This document shows positions 13,327-25,807 of a DNA stretch of 64,000 nt, in pieces (position 1 is the first letter of the stretch; each line of letters opens with the position of its first letter). Source of the DNA: Lama guanicoe. Its lineage: Eukaryota. The notes under the pieces are model-generated. The model was not told where the DNA came from, searched no databases, and worked only from the letters and a program-made list of their open reading frames with translations. The stretch covers positions 1,115,537 through 1,179,536 of the forward strand of contig MU054204.1 of NCBI GenBank assembly GCA_013239625.1, in the 5' to 3' direction. Position numbers and translations under genes: made by a program.

Positions 13327-14220
13327 CATACAGGTGGCCAATGGGCACATGAAGAAATGCTTGATATCACTAATAATCAGAGAAATGCAAATCAAAACTA
13401 CAATGAGGTATCACCTCACCAGTCAGAATGGCCATCATTCAAAAGTCCACAAACGATAAACGCTGGAGAGGGTGTGGGGAAAAGGGAACCCTCCTACACT
13501 GCTGGTGGGAATACAGTTTGGTGCAGCCACTGTGGAAAACAGTATGGAGATTCCTCAAAAGACTAGGAATAGACTTACCATATGACCCAGTAATCCCAGT
13601 CTTGGACATATATCTGGAGGAAACTATAATTCAAAAAGATATATGCACACCAATGTTCACAGAAACATTTTTTACAATAGCCAAGACATGGATGCATCCT
13701 AAGGGTTCATCAACAGAATACTGGATAAAGAAGAAGTGGTATACATATATATGATGGAATATTACTCAACCATAAAAAAGAATGAAATAATGCTATTTGC
13801 AGCAACATGGATGGACTTGGAGGGTATTACTCTAAGTAAAGTAAGTCAGACAGAGTAAGACAAATACTGTATGATTTCATTTATATGTGGAATCTTTAAA
13901 AATGACACAAATGAACTTATTTGCAAAACAGAAACAGACTCACAGACATAGAAAACAAACTTATGGTTACCAGGGGATAAAGAGGGTAGGAAGGAATAAA
14001 TTGGGCTCTCATGATTTGCAGATACTAACTACTATATATAAAATAGATGAACAACAAGGTCCTACTGTATACCACAGGGAACTATATTCAATAGTTTGTA
14101 ATAACCTATAAGGGAAAAGAATATGAAAGAGAGTATATATGTATATGTATAACTGAATCACTATGCTGTACACCAGAAATTAACACAACATTGTAAATTG
14201 ACTATACTTCAATTTTTTTC
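13327..14220 (+). mobile_element. Young L1 3' portion
   Basis: ORF2 C-terminus ([17 protein letters not shown]...[12 protein letters not shown]) and 3'UTR; flanked by atgtcatta repeats. Confidence 0.9.
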
Positions 14221-15270
14221 AAATGTCATTAATGTTTTTTATTTCTTTAACAATAAATGTGATAATATATATAAAGCAGTCTGTAAGTGTTGGCTATTAT
14301 GACAATTTTAGAAATAAGAAAATTAGTGAATACTGACTAGAAATATGGACTATTCAGGATGTTCAGCAATTAACAAAATATCTCCCTTTCTTCTTTCCTC
14401 ACTCTACTCAAAAATACCATCCAAAAAAATGTAACTGCCCAGGCAGTCTGCTGGGGCAGGTCCAGATTCACTATCAGATGCACATGTGTGCAGTAGCTTC
14501 TCCCCTGAAATAATGAGCCAGGTACCAGCCAGATGTGAACATAGACCCATCTGTGACTATCCCACCTGTGAACTGTCTGGTGCAGTCCTAGCTCCATTTC
14601 TTAGCTATGATGCTTTTCTTCTCCTAGGAGAGCAAGGATGTAGCAGATAGGCTGGCTTGGCACTCACTGGATTTAAAATCTAAAAGTCTTCAAACTTGAG
14701 AATTTTCTTTCTTCACCAAGGTTCTGAGAGCCACAGACCATCTTCTGAATGCTCACACATAAGGTGTTGGAAATAGCTATGTGGTTTGGCCAAGTAGCAT
14801 CAGTTTGGGCTTCAGAAAACTATTGCTGTTTCTTTCCTCCAAGACTTTATGACTTTCCTGCTAGAATGCTCTTTCCTTTTTTCCAACCTGTCAATTGTGA
14901 ATGTCACATCCTTTAAGAGCCTTGGCTGAAAATCCTATACGTATCTTTTTCTTATTCACTTTACCCTAATGTAATGAAATTCTCTCTCTGTGACTGTTGA
15001 GTCTGTCTGTCTTACAGGGGAAGCTCCTGAAAGGTGGGGAGGAGCCTTTATTCATGAGGGTATCTCAGCACACAGCTACTGCCCCCAGTAGCATAACGGC
15101 AGAGATAGGACAATAAGCTTTTATTTTAAAGGAATTTTTAAGGAAAATGAAGAGGCTAAGGCAAAAGGTAACTTGTGCACTCTTAAAAAGCCTTTCTGTT
15201 AAAGGGAAAAAATCATTCTGACACTTATTAAAATGGTAAGGAAGACTTTATAAGGTACTATTGCAATAGT

Positions 15271-16482
15271 TATATTAGGGAGTAAACACTTTTCCTCTGC
15301 TATCTTAGTTTAAGTGATTGGGAACCTGCAAATTGACACAAGACATGAAAAAAAAAAAAAGTAGCAGAGTATGCAACCCCAAAATATGCCACTTTGGCAT
15401 AAGGATTATTTTGAACTGAAGGCAACTGAGAAGAAGCAGGTACAAGAAAAGCTTTCTGCCTTCCTCATCTTTGCTCCAAAGTAGGACATAAATTTGTAAA
15501 GGCACCCCCCCCAACCTTCCACCACCACCATCTCTCTACTAGGAGGGACAGAAGTTTAATCAATCACTGGAGATAACTCTACACCCTTATCATCCCAGAG
15601 GTGGCAGCAGAGGGATCTACATAACAAATTTTGCTAAGTAGCCCTTATCTTCCATTAGTTCCCCCATATATTTAACTTCTCACAATTTGCCACTCTTAGA
15701 AACTCAAGGTCCTTTTCCTTTGTCTCATCGCTTCTCTAAAATGTTAAGATGATTGTTAAGATGCTACATAAGCCCAAGTTCTAAACACCCATTTGAGTTA
15801 CTCATCACTGAGTAGTCCCATTTGTGTACATGAAGCATGCATTAATAAACTTGTTTATTTTTCTCTTGTTAATCTGTCTTTTGTAGAATATGAAAATGAA
15901 TATTTGTATGTATATGTGTGACTGAAACATTATGCTGTATACCAGAAATTCACAGACACATTGTAACTGGATTATACTTCAGTTTTTAAAAATCTGCCCT
16001 TTTTTTCACTCTCATTTGCAAGATGTCAGCCAATGAACCTAGGATGGGTAAAAGAAATAGATACTTTTCCTCCCCTATAACAGATTAGCAAGAGAAAAGA
16101 CCTATTTTTTAAATTCATGTATGTACATACAGGAATTCACAGAAAAATGTGATTTGAGGAGGCATTTAGAATTAGGGAAGGGGAGAGGAAGAAGGGAACT
16201 TATGGGGAAAAAAAAATAACTTTGTGGAAAGAGAAAATGGCCCTGAGGAGAACAGATGGGAGACATGGTAGTTTTGTAAAATATCTGTTTATGTGATGCG
16301 GCAGCTTCTCATCTTTGATGATAAAATTCAGTCTTCCCTGGTTGCTCTCAGAAAGAGGATTTATGACAGTTTAGTTCTTTGGGAAGGCTCTGCTTTTAGG
16401 CAGATAAGAGATTTCAAGAATTCAACTGCCTTCTTTTTCAAAACAATTTTTATGCCATAGTGGCTTATTCTGGACTCCATCA
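15271..16482 (-). mobile_element. ERV1 LTR nested in the MER31-like LTR
   Basis: cttttcctctgctatcttag...gacacaagaca | acagattagcaagagaaaa...tggcttattctggactccatca; same architecture as the other minus-strand LTRs. Confidence 0.7.
15346..16079 (+). mobile_element. MER34-like LTR nested in the previous LTR, itself carrying an L1 3' tip at ~15885-15990
   Basis: caaccccaaaatatgccactttggcataaggattattttgaactgaagg...ttttcctcccctata; L1 tip flanked by aatctgtctttt / aatctgcccttt. Confidence 0.8.
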
Positions 16483-17165
16483 AGTGTCAAGACTATCACA
16501 ATAGGGGAGAGAGATCGGGCTCAACTCTGAATACAACAAGGTCAAGTGGGAATTTATAGCCAATGGGCAGAATGAGGGGTCAGTGGATGGAAAATTACTA
16601 AGAGGAGACATCAAGGGTAGGGGGATTCTTGCTAAACCAACTCTACGGGATTCTTACATGAAGGCAAGCCAGGGTCATCAGATATAAAGGGTGAGGGATA
16701 TCTTTAAACTGACTTAGTAGATTCTTGCTACAACTGGACTAAGCAGGCAGAAGACAGGGCCCAAGGACAAGGACTAGTTGAAAAGAGGTCTCAGAGGAGC
16801 CTGACTACAGTTTGATCACAGAAAGAGTCTTTGTCACTTCTGAACTCAAATTGAAGCTGACTGTAGTATTTATCAGGTGTCATCTGAACTCCAAGGTCAC
16901 TCTGTGACGATGGCCTAAATACAGCCAGAGACACAAATGTGGCATTTGAGCCTTCTGGTTTTATATCTTAGGTCCATATTGCTTTTCCTGCTCTACTCAC
17001 AAAAAAGAAAGGAGAAATACCATCTAACCAAAAATGACCCAGGAAACCTATGGAATGGTAGAAAATACTTTTAAGCCATATATCTGATAAGGGGTTAATA
17101 TCTAAAATGTATAAAGAACTCACACAACTCAATAACAAAAAAATACAATTTTAAAATGGGCAAAT

Positions 17166-17300
17166 GGGGAGAGTATATCTCAGTGGTAGAGGGCTTGGGT
17201 TCAATCCCCAACACCTCTGTTAAAAATTAATTAATTAATAATTAATTAAACCTAATAAACTCCCACCAACAAAATTTAATAAAAATTTTAAAAATAAGCA
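17166..17300 (+). mobile_element. vic-1-type SINE with internal deletion
   Basis: ggggagagtatatctcagtggtagag...gggttcaatcccc (A and B boxes) followed by an A-rich tail. Confidence 0.8.
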
Positions 17301-17746
17301 AAAAATTTTAATTGGGCAGAAGAACAAAACAGACATTTTTCCAAGGAAGGGACCCAAATAACCAATAGGTACATGAAAAGATCTTCAACATCTAATCATC
17401 AGGGAAATGCAAATCAAAACCACAATAAGATATCACCTCATGTCTGTTAGGATAGCTATCATCAAGAAGACAAGAGACAACAAGTGTTGGTGAGGATGTG
17501 GCAAAAAGAGAACCCTTGCACACTGTTGGTATGGCCACCATTCTACAATAGAAAACGGAATGAAGATTCTTCAAAAAATTAAAAATAGAGCTATTCTATG
17601 ATCCAGCAATCCAACTCCTAGGTATATATCTGAGGGAAATGAAAATAGGATATTGAACAGGTACCTGCACTCCCATATTTATTGCATTATTCACAATAGC
17701 CAATATATGGAAACAACCTAAGTGCCTATCAATACATGAATGGATA

Positions 17747-17904
17747 GGGGGAGGGTATAGCTCAGTGGTAGAATACATGCTTAGCATGATGAGGTCCTGG
17801 GTTCAATTCCCAGTACCTCCATTAAAAATAATAAACAAACAAACAAACCCAATTTCCTTCCTGCCAAAAAAACAAAAACAAAAAAATACAACAAAAAAAA
17901 CCCC
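17747..17904 (+). mobile_element. vic-1-type SINE
   Basis: gggggagggtatagctcagtggtaga...gaggtcctgggttcaattccc; TSD aata(c/g)atgaatggata. Confidence 0.9.
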
Positions 17905-17956
17905 AATAGATGAATGGATAAAGATATGAGGGGTGTGTGTGTGTGTGTGTGTGTAT

Positions 17957-18411
17957 GTTACAAGGGTGGGAAAAATTTTTGCTTCTACTCTTCTAGGTTG
18001 TTTGGCTGGTCTAATAATTAAATTGACATAAGACAGATTAACAGGGGAAAAACAAATTTAATCTCAGACATACAGGAATCCCATAAAAAAATGCAGAAAG
18101 GCGAATGACGTCCTTAGCCATCCGGAGCTAAGGAATTAGATAGGGGCCTGGAACTTCAAAGGAGAGGAAGGCAAGTCACAGGATGATAAGAAAAGCAGAT
18201 GTTTTCCCTGCTATGCGGGTAAGTCTTTCAGATAAAAGGTTATCTCTGGTAATAGCACTCTTTCTGGACCAGGTCCCCTATCTAAATCCTTTTGGGCAGT
18301 TAAAGGAGAGGTAAAAAAAACTTTCTTGAGTTTGCTGGGTTTTGATTGCCTTCAGCTTAAAATAATCCACAGTGTGGCACATTTTGGGGTGGCATATTCT
18401 GCTCCCCTTTA
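17957..18411 (-). mobile_element. Solo ERV1 LTR (MER34/39 group)
   Basis: cttctactcttctaggttg...gacataagacagattaacagg...ggcacattttggggtggcatattctgctcccc. Confidence 0.75.
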
Positions 18412-19067
18412 ATATAACGGAATATTATTCAGCCACAAGAAAGAAGGAAATCCTGCCACTTGCAACAACATGGATGGACCTTGCAGACATTATGCTAAGT
18501 GATATAAACCAGACAGAGAAAAACCAATACTATATGATCTCACTTACATGTGGACTCTAAAAAAGCCAAACTTGTAGAAACAGAGAGTAGAATGTTGGTT
18601 ACTAGGGGCTAGGAGGGTAGAGAATTGGGGAGAAGTTGGTCAAAGTGTACAATGTTATGATTAGAAGATGAATAAACTCTGGAGATCTAATGTACAGCAT
18701 TGTGATTAAAGTCAACAATACTGTATTATGTATACTTCAAATTGCTGGGAGACTGATCCTAAATGTTCTCATGACAAAAAAAGAAATGATAATTATGTGA
18801 TGTGAGAGAAGTGTTAGCTGATGCTATGGTGGTAATCATGTTGCAACATTTAAGTGTATCAAATCAATTGTATACCTTAAACATACATACCATCATATGT
18901 CAATTGTGTCTCATTTTTAAAAAATGACCGAATGAGTGTTCATAAATATCCCTTCGATGCTATAAAACCTAAAGGGGCTGTGGGAATTCTATTGTAGAAG
19001 AAAATATAAAAATTATTTTAAAATAAAAGTATTTCTTAATAAGAAGAGGAACAAAGATTCTTGACAG

Positions 19068-19552
19068 TGATAGGGATCAGGACACGCTATCCCAAAATAT
19101 GGTATCTTGACATACTGAGTATTTTAGCTGATGGAGTTTGAGAAAAGAGCAGAAGCACCTTCCATGCACCTTTCTTCACTGAGACAGGTCACAAAACCCT
19201 AATGTTTGAGGTGCCACAGATACACTCAGAGGAAAGGAGCATCCTTATCTCTGAAGACAAAGGGACACAGAGAAAAATCCAAATGGGCCTTGCTAAGTTT
19301 CCCCCAGCTTACTATACTCACTCTTTGACCTATCATATTCCTCCACAACTGTCTGCTTTTCATCAAGCCCAGCATAAAAATCCTCAGGTCTGTTTCATCC
19401 AATCTTTATTTCCTCCAAAGGCTCCCATGTCACATAAAACTTATATTAAATAAATGCACATGCTTTTCTCCTGTTAAACTATCTTTGTTGTTTAATTTTC
19501 AGACCCAGCCAGGAATCCTAAGAGGGTCGAGAAAAACTTTTTCCTCCCTATG
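19068..19552 (+). mobile_element. Solo ERV1 LTR (MER39-like)
   Basis: tgatagggatcaggacacgctatcccaaaatatgg...ttttcctcccta; paralogue at 60156-60626. Confidence 0.75.
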
Positions 19553-20186
19553 GCTGCATTCAGGGAGCTTTTGAGCAAAATTTGTAGGGGCCTGTTCTCA
19601 CAGGAGTGGAACTTTTGGCTCCCACTGAACTATTTGTTGTGATGAGCCTTCCTAGTTCTCTTGTCTTTTTTATCTCCCCTCACATCCTCTTGCCCCCCAC
19701 CATGCTTACCCGTGTCTCCATTCCTTTTCTCACCTCATTATGGCCCCCCAGGGGCCCTCTCCTCTGTAACTTGGTCCCGCAGCTTCCGCAGGTGGTTCAT
19801 GAAACTATAGCGACTCCTTTTGATTCACCAGAGCAAAGCTGTAGTCATTCAAATGACGAAGGAAAAGAGGGTGCAGAGGAAAAACTGTCCTAAAAGGGAA
19901 ATTGAAAAGGACAGAGTTATTTTAAAAATTAAAGCCAACACAGAAAGATAAAATATACAAATTTCTCATCTCCTTCTTTTCTTCCCCCATCCCCTATACA
20001 GTTCAAAGCGATCCAAAGTTTTCCAAAAAACCTCATTATGAACAACTTCAGAGAAGACCTGCCTCAGTGAAAAGGTCTGTAGCCACAGGAACTAGAAGCT
20101 GCTAAAATCAGCTGATAGGAATCCTAAAGCTATTAGGATCAAATATGCACCCATTGGAATTCTGTGCATTAAAGATTTAGAGACTC

Positions 20187-20368
20187 TGTACAAACTACTA
20201 TGTATAAAATAAGTAAGCTACAAGGATATATTGTGCAGCACAGGGAATATAGCCAGTATTTTATAATAACTTTAAATGGAGTATAATCTATAAAAGTATT
20301 GAATCAATATGTTGTACACCTGAAACTAAGATAATATTGTAAATCAAGTGTACCTCAAGTTTAAAAAA
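20187..20368 (+). mobile_element. L1 3' tip
   Basis: tacaaactactatgtataaaataag...gtacacctgaaact plus A-tail. Confidence 0.8.
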
Positions 20369-20902
20369 ATTAGAGAATCTAAAATCAAACCTTCTCTGTC
20401 ACCCTGGAAAAAAAAATCATTGTGTCTCCTGCTGATCATATGGCAAGTCCAACCAAATGGGTTAAACTTTTGGGACTTCCTTACCCTTCCTGAATTCCTA
20501 GTCTTCTTCCTATTCTGCATGCCCTGCTTTTCACCCCTCCATTCACCTGGCCAGAAGCCTTGTAGAGAAATATTTGTGTTTCACTGGGAACCTCTGAGTC
20601 ACCTACAACATGCCCATCCAGGGTTATCCTTCTGTGAGTCTAGCCCTGTTCATTGTCTTTGAGCTACTTTGCAATTCTTTGCAAGCTATAGGTAACTGAT
20701 AGATATGTAAATTGTTTGGTAGTAATTCTAATTAGCTTCCTTCCCCCCAAAATGGAAAAACCAATGGAAAAAATGGTTTTTCCATTTTGGGGGGCATTTG
20801 CAATTCATCTCAACAATCTTTTACTTCATATAAATCTGTACTGGTTTGAGTTTTCCTTTGAACCTGTTATAATATCTGTCTGGTTCTCTCATATCATAGA
20901 AG

Positions 20903-21322
20903 TGACAAAGGCTCTCTCATTGACCAAACTTTGGTTAGGCTTCCCTGAGCCCTCTTCTCAGCTAGGCCTTGATGTTGACCCCACATCCTTGAAGGGCCTG
21001 CATAGCCCAGTTGTAGCAAGAATCCTGCTTAAGTCAGTTTAGAGAGTTCCCCTACCCTTGATATCCCATGACTCTGGCTTGCCTCCAGCAAGAATCCTGT
21101 TAGGTCGGTTTACTAAGAATCTCCTTGATGTTTCCTCTTGGTAGTTTTCCATCCACTGACCCCCTCATTCTGCTCCTAGGCTATAAATCCACCGCTGTCT
21201 TTGATGTATTTGCATTTGAGCCCAGTTCTGTACTAAGGTCTCTTTCTCTCTAATGCAATAGTTCCTGAATAAAGCATGTTTGTATTGCTGTAACTACTGT
21301 CAGGCTCTGGTTCTCTTTAATA
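20903..21322 (+). mobile_element. Solo MER31-like ERV1 LTR
   Basis: tgacaaaggctctctcattgaccaaactt, TATA box (ctataaat) and aataaa; exact TSD gaag/gaag. Confidence 0.85.
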
Positions 21323-22030
21323 GAAGTAGAATTAATTCTTTAGCATGTGTTTATTTTCATATCTGTATGAGAGTCATGATTTTACCTTTCCAGACAAGCC
21401 CCAAAGCTTATCTGTCAGTTCTTCAAAGGAAAATTGATTCCATACATATCTCTTCCAGAAAATCTTTATGATGTGCTCCTTCAGTTCTGAACCATTGCAT
21501 ATTTGATGAATGTGTGATATGTTGCTTTGGTCTTAGGAAGATTTACTACCCAACATTAGATTGAGTTCCCAAGAATCCAGAGTCATGTGTTTCTTTGATA
21601 TTCCCAAAGGACCTTGCACAAGACTCTGGTGGAATTTATGTTTGCAGAAATGGCCTCCTGGGGGTGTCGGTCTGACAGGCACCTCCACAGAGGCTGGAGG
21701 CAGGAATCATTCAACCAAGGCCATGGAGCCCAGGAACAGCCATTAACATAACCCATGCTCTAAAGCTGCACAGTTTCATTGCCCTGGGGCCTCATTCAGA
21801 TTGGAAATTCTTTCCCACACACAACACTCACTAATAAGCTTGTTTGTCTAATTCCTTCCTACAGCAGATTAGAAGCAATGACCTAAAAGTGGATTCTTAG
21901 CAACAGGCACAATACCAGAAGGGTAAGGGAAAGCTGCATGAAACAGAAGGAAGAGATTTTTAAAAGGAGTACATCAAATAAAATGAGCCACTATATTGCT
22001 GGCCAGTTTTTTAAAAATTGAAGTCTACAG

Positions 22031-22139
22031 TAAAAATGAATATATGTATATTCGTGTATGACTGAACTATTGTGCTGTACACCAGAAATTGATACAACAT
22101 TGTGAACTGACTATAACTCAATAAAAAATGTTCAAAAAG
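22031..22139 (+). mobile_element. L1 3' tip
   Basis: gaatatatgtatattcgtgtatgactgaac plus A-tail; TSD gaagtctacag. Confidence 0.85.
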
Positions 22140-23018
22140 AAATAGAAGTCTACAGAAAAGAGCTTGGAACTATGTATAATATCCTCTGCTAAAGGTAAGG
22201 CAAAGTATAATATATTGTAGTAAATGTACTTCATATATATGAAGTACTTGTATACATGACATCGCCTCCATTCGTAGGTATATCAGATAGATTTGCTATT
22301 ACTGAAAGATACAGGATACATCCTTATTATTGTTTGGTTAACATTATCATGATATCAGTACCAGTTAATGTACCTGTATTAGCTTCTAACCATTAGAATA
22401 CTGGGAGAAACCCTGGTCTTCAGGAAAAACAGCTGCTGGAGACATTATCTTATAGTCAGGAACTATTGCTAGACCTTAACCACTGATGTGTTGTCTGAGG
22501 CCAATGTCCCAGAGCCCCTGCTTTGGGGTTCAAGATGACAGCAGGCCTTTTCTTCCCCAAAGCATGTCTTACAGGAAGCCCAACTCTGGGCATTCCTAAC
22601 TGTGCTAATCTCTTCCCATGAAAGCAAACTTGGTCAAAATTCAGATGCTATCATAAGACCATCACTTACATCTCTGGCCCCTATGGCCAAGGTTCATCTA
22701 CCTTGTTTCCATGCTGTAGAGCAGTAGCTAGACAGGTGGAAACTACAGAAGACATCTTCTTAGCCTCTCCCCGACCCTACAGATCCCGTAGGGATAGAAG
22801 CCTTACCACTTCAGAACAGCACCCAACATTTGTCAACTGGTCACATTGCCTCCTATAAATTCTTCTAAGGTCTGCTTCACACAAAACTGTTAAATATTGC
22901 TCTAATCTAAATGCTGGTGTCCTGTTTCCTCTTCAGAATGACTGACTCTCCTGACTATCCAGCAGCCATTTAAACTTGAAGGATTCTTCATCCTGACCTG
23001 ACTGATGGTCCTTTACAG

Positions 23019-23192
23019 CAGTGGTTCTCAAAGTGTGGCCTTCAGCATCATCTGGCACTATTTAGAAATGCACATTCTTTGGTCCTACTCCAGATCTTTT
23101 GAATCAGAAACTCCAGGAGTGGAGCCCACCAACCTGTGGTTTACTAAGTCCTCCAGGTGATTCTGATGCAAACTAAAGATTGAGAACCACTG
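23019..23192 (+). mobile_element. MER5A-like hAT-Charlie MITE inside ERV pol
   Basis: TIRs cagtggttctcaa...ttgagaaccactg; internal tttagaaatgca and ctccaggtgattctgatgca. Confidence 0.85.
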
Positions 23193-23396
23193 CCCTAGAC
23201 AACCCTATCTGATGTTGGTTGATGGCACATATCTTGAGAATAATCAAGGTATATTTTGTGCCGGCTATGCTATAATTTCTGAATATTCTGCTACTGAAGT
23301 TGCTCCTTTACCAGCAGCTCATTCTACTCAGATAGCTGAATGACAGCTACATCACAAGTGTTGTCACTTCACTAAAGATTTAAGAGTACACATCTA

Positions 23397-23891
23397 ACAT
23401 TCATCCCAATGTTCACAGCAGCACTATTTACAATAACCAAGACACAGAAGCAACATAAATGTCCATTGACAGACGAATGGATAAAGAAGTTGTATACACA
23501 CACACACACACATACACACACAATGGAATACTACTCAGCCATAAAAAGAATAAAATAATGTCATTTGTGGCAACATGGATAGGTCTGGAGATTTTCATAC
23601 TAAGTGAAGTAAGCCAGAAAGAGAAAGAAAAATACCATCCGATATCACTCATATGTGGAATCAAAAAAAAATGAGACAAATGAACTATTTACAAAACAGA
23701 AACAGACTCACAGACATAGAAAACAAACTTAAGGTTACCAGGGGGGAAACGGGGGCTGTGGAGGGATAAATTGAGAGTTCAGGATTTACAGATATACACT
23801 ACTATATGTAAAATATATATATATGAATCATTATGCTGTACACCAGAAACTAACACAACATTATAAACCAGCTATACTTCAATTTTAAAAA
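23397..23891 (+). mobile_element. Young L1 3' end inside ERV pol
   Basis: L1 3' text with (CA)n; TSD aag(a/g)gtacacatcta. Confidence 0.9.
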
Positions 23892-24561
23892 AAGGGTACA
23901 CATCTATACTGATAGGCATATCTTTGGAGATGTTCATGATTTTAGTACATTGTGGAAACAAAGGTTTACTAACTTCTTCAGTCACTCCATATAAAGTGGA
24001 AGAAATGTAATAATTCATTGGAGACAATAGAATATCCTACTGAAATATCAGTTATAAAACAGAAGCTCATTCTAAAGATATTACTTTTAAAGCAAAAGGG
24101 AATTCCCTAGATGACTATCATGTAAAACAAGCAGTTCTTACTGGTTTTGCTACCAGAGGTATTCTGAAGACACTTGCTCAGTCTGATTTCATGAATCCTG
24201 AATGGTTTATTCAAATATGAAAATCAGCCCCCTCAGAAAAAAAATTATGATCATCTTAAAACTGTCAAATATATGATAGACATTGGCATTGCCTAGATGG
24301 CTGCTTAACGTCACCAGAGGCCATCTCCAGACCCTTACTGCTTTCTCTGTGAAATTATTCACAATGGTAGAGAAAAATTGGTTCAAACTTAACAAAAATA
24401 TTGGTGAGGAAACTTTACTCAAGACAGGTGGCCAAATCTTGCCTTATCTGTCATTATCACAACCCAGAAAAAGTTATAAAGAACCCCTGCCTCAAAAATC
24501 ATTTGAACATTTTCAAATGGATTTCATTCAATTTTCCAAATCACAAAGGTCTAAATGATAC

Positions 24562-25132
24562 TGAAGGGAATTAAGATATGCCAAAATATGTCCCTTTGAC
24601 ATAAGGATTATTTTGAATTAAAGGCAACTGAAAATCAACAGATGCACAAAGAAGCCTTCTCAGAGCGTCAGTTATTACCTAAAAGAAGCAATTTCTGGGA
24701 AATAAGGCTGGCATAAATTCTCTCTTCAGGGTGGGTCTACCCTCAAGAGAGAGACCATGAGTAAACCTGCTATAAATGCGCTCTCCAGGGAAGGTTCACA
24801 GCCATGAAGAAGACAGAAAGACCACTTGAACCTGCATAAACAAATATCACAAACTTATCTCCTGTTTGTTCTCCAAAAAACCCATTTGTCTCTTTCCTAA
24901 AGAAATCTATTCTTTCCATAACAGCCTTTTCTCCCCTTTTTTCATTACTAAAGCATATAAGCCCCCAAATCTACCACCCCTTTGAATGACTTATCACTCA
25001 GCACTCCCGCATGTCTATACATGATATATGGAAATAAACTGGGTTTCCTCTTGCTAATCTTTTGTCAGTTTAATCCACAAGCCCCCTAGTACTGAACTAA
25101 GAAGATAGAGGAAAAGTTTTTCCTCCCCTACA
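24562..25132 (+). mobile_element. MER34-like solo LTR inside ERV integrase
   Basis: tgaaggg...ctttgacataaggattattttgaatt...ttttcctcccctaca; TSD atac/acac. Confidence 0.85.
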
Positions 25133-25807
25133 ACACTTTAGTCATGGTTTGTGAGTTTTATGCTTGGATTGAAGCCTTCCCTTGCCAAAAGGCTAATACT
25201 GTGTCACAAAAACAAAAACAAAAAAGATAACAGATCTTGTTTTCCCCATCTGGATAGCATATTATTACTCTCTAGTGGTAGATAATCTCATTTCACAGGT
25301 GAAATACTTAAGCATCTGTGTAAAGTACTCCCATTAAAACAAATATTTCCTTGCCCATATTGACCCATAAATTTTTGGCAAACTTGAATGTGCTAGTGAT
25401 CCTTTAAAGTCAAAATCATCCTGATTTTGAGAAGAGCTTAATCTCCTCTGATTTAAAAATCTAATCATTAACTCTGATGATGGTGTGATCTTCATCTCAA
25501 AATCCTCAGAGGCTCTCCTTATAGGAAATGATTCCAGACCCTGTGAGACTGCGGTGATACCTCCTCTATTAGGCTCCACCTTGTTAATAATTCCAGCTTG
25601 TCAAATAGTGTCCAAAATGATATCATTGACTCAACAGGTATAAGCTACATTCTCAAAGGGAATATAACCAGATACACCCTTCCATGATTTGCAGTCAGGA
25701 GACTAGGTTACTGGGAAGAGACCAATGGAAATGCACCTTATAACTGCACTGGCGAGGACCATTTCGGGTCCTTTTAACTACAAGTACCACATGAAACTTC
25801 AGGGTGC

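Larger units (their letters stand above)
15197..16836 (-). mobile_element. MER31-like ERV1 LTR (outer element, split by nested insertions)
   Basis: tgttaaag... at the left end and ...gagtctttgtca at the right; TSD tttc/cttc; homologous to the + copy at 20903-21322. Confidence 0.75.
17040..18925 (+). mobile_element. Old L1 3' portion interrupted by two SINEs, (TG)n and an LTR
   Basis: catatatctgataaggggttaatatc, gggaaatgcaaatcaaaaccaca, 3'UTR ...ctggagatctaatgtacagcat. Confidence 0.85.

Noticed and set aside
13428..13754. Protein-coding ORFs of the [17 protein letters not shown] type (also 46514-46921, 54800-55234) and 36538-37110
   Set aside because: Fragments of L1 ORF2 in 5'-truncated copies.
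17747..17904. tRNA-Ala gene (also the seven similar copies)
   Set aside because: The tRNA-like head is followed by a shared non-tRNA tail and A-rich end, several copies have TSDs, and many are mutated: these are SINEs.
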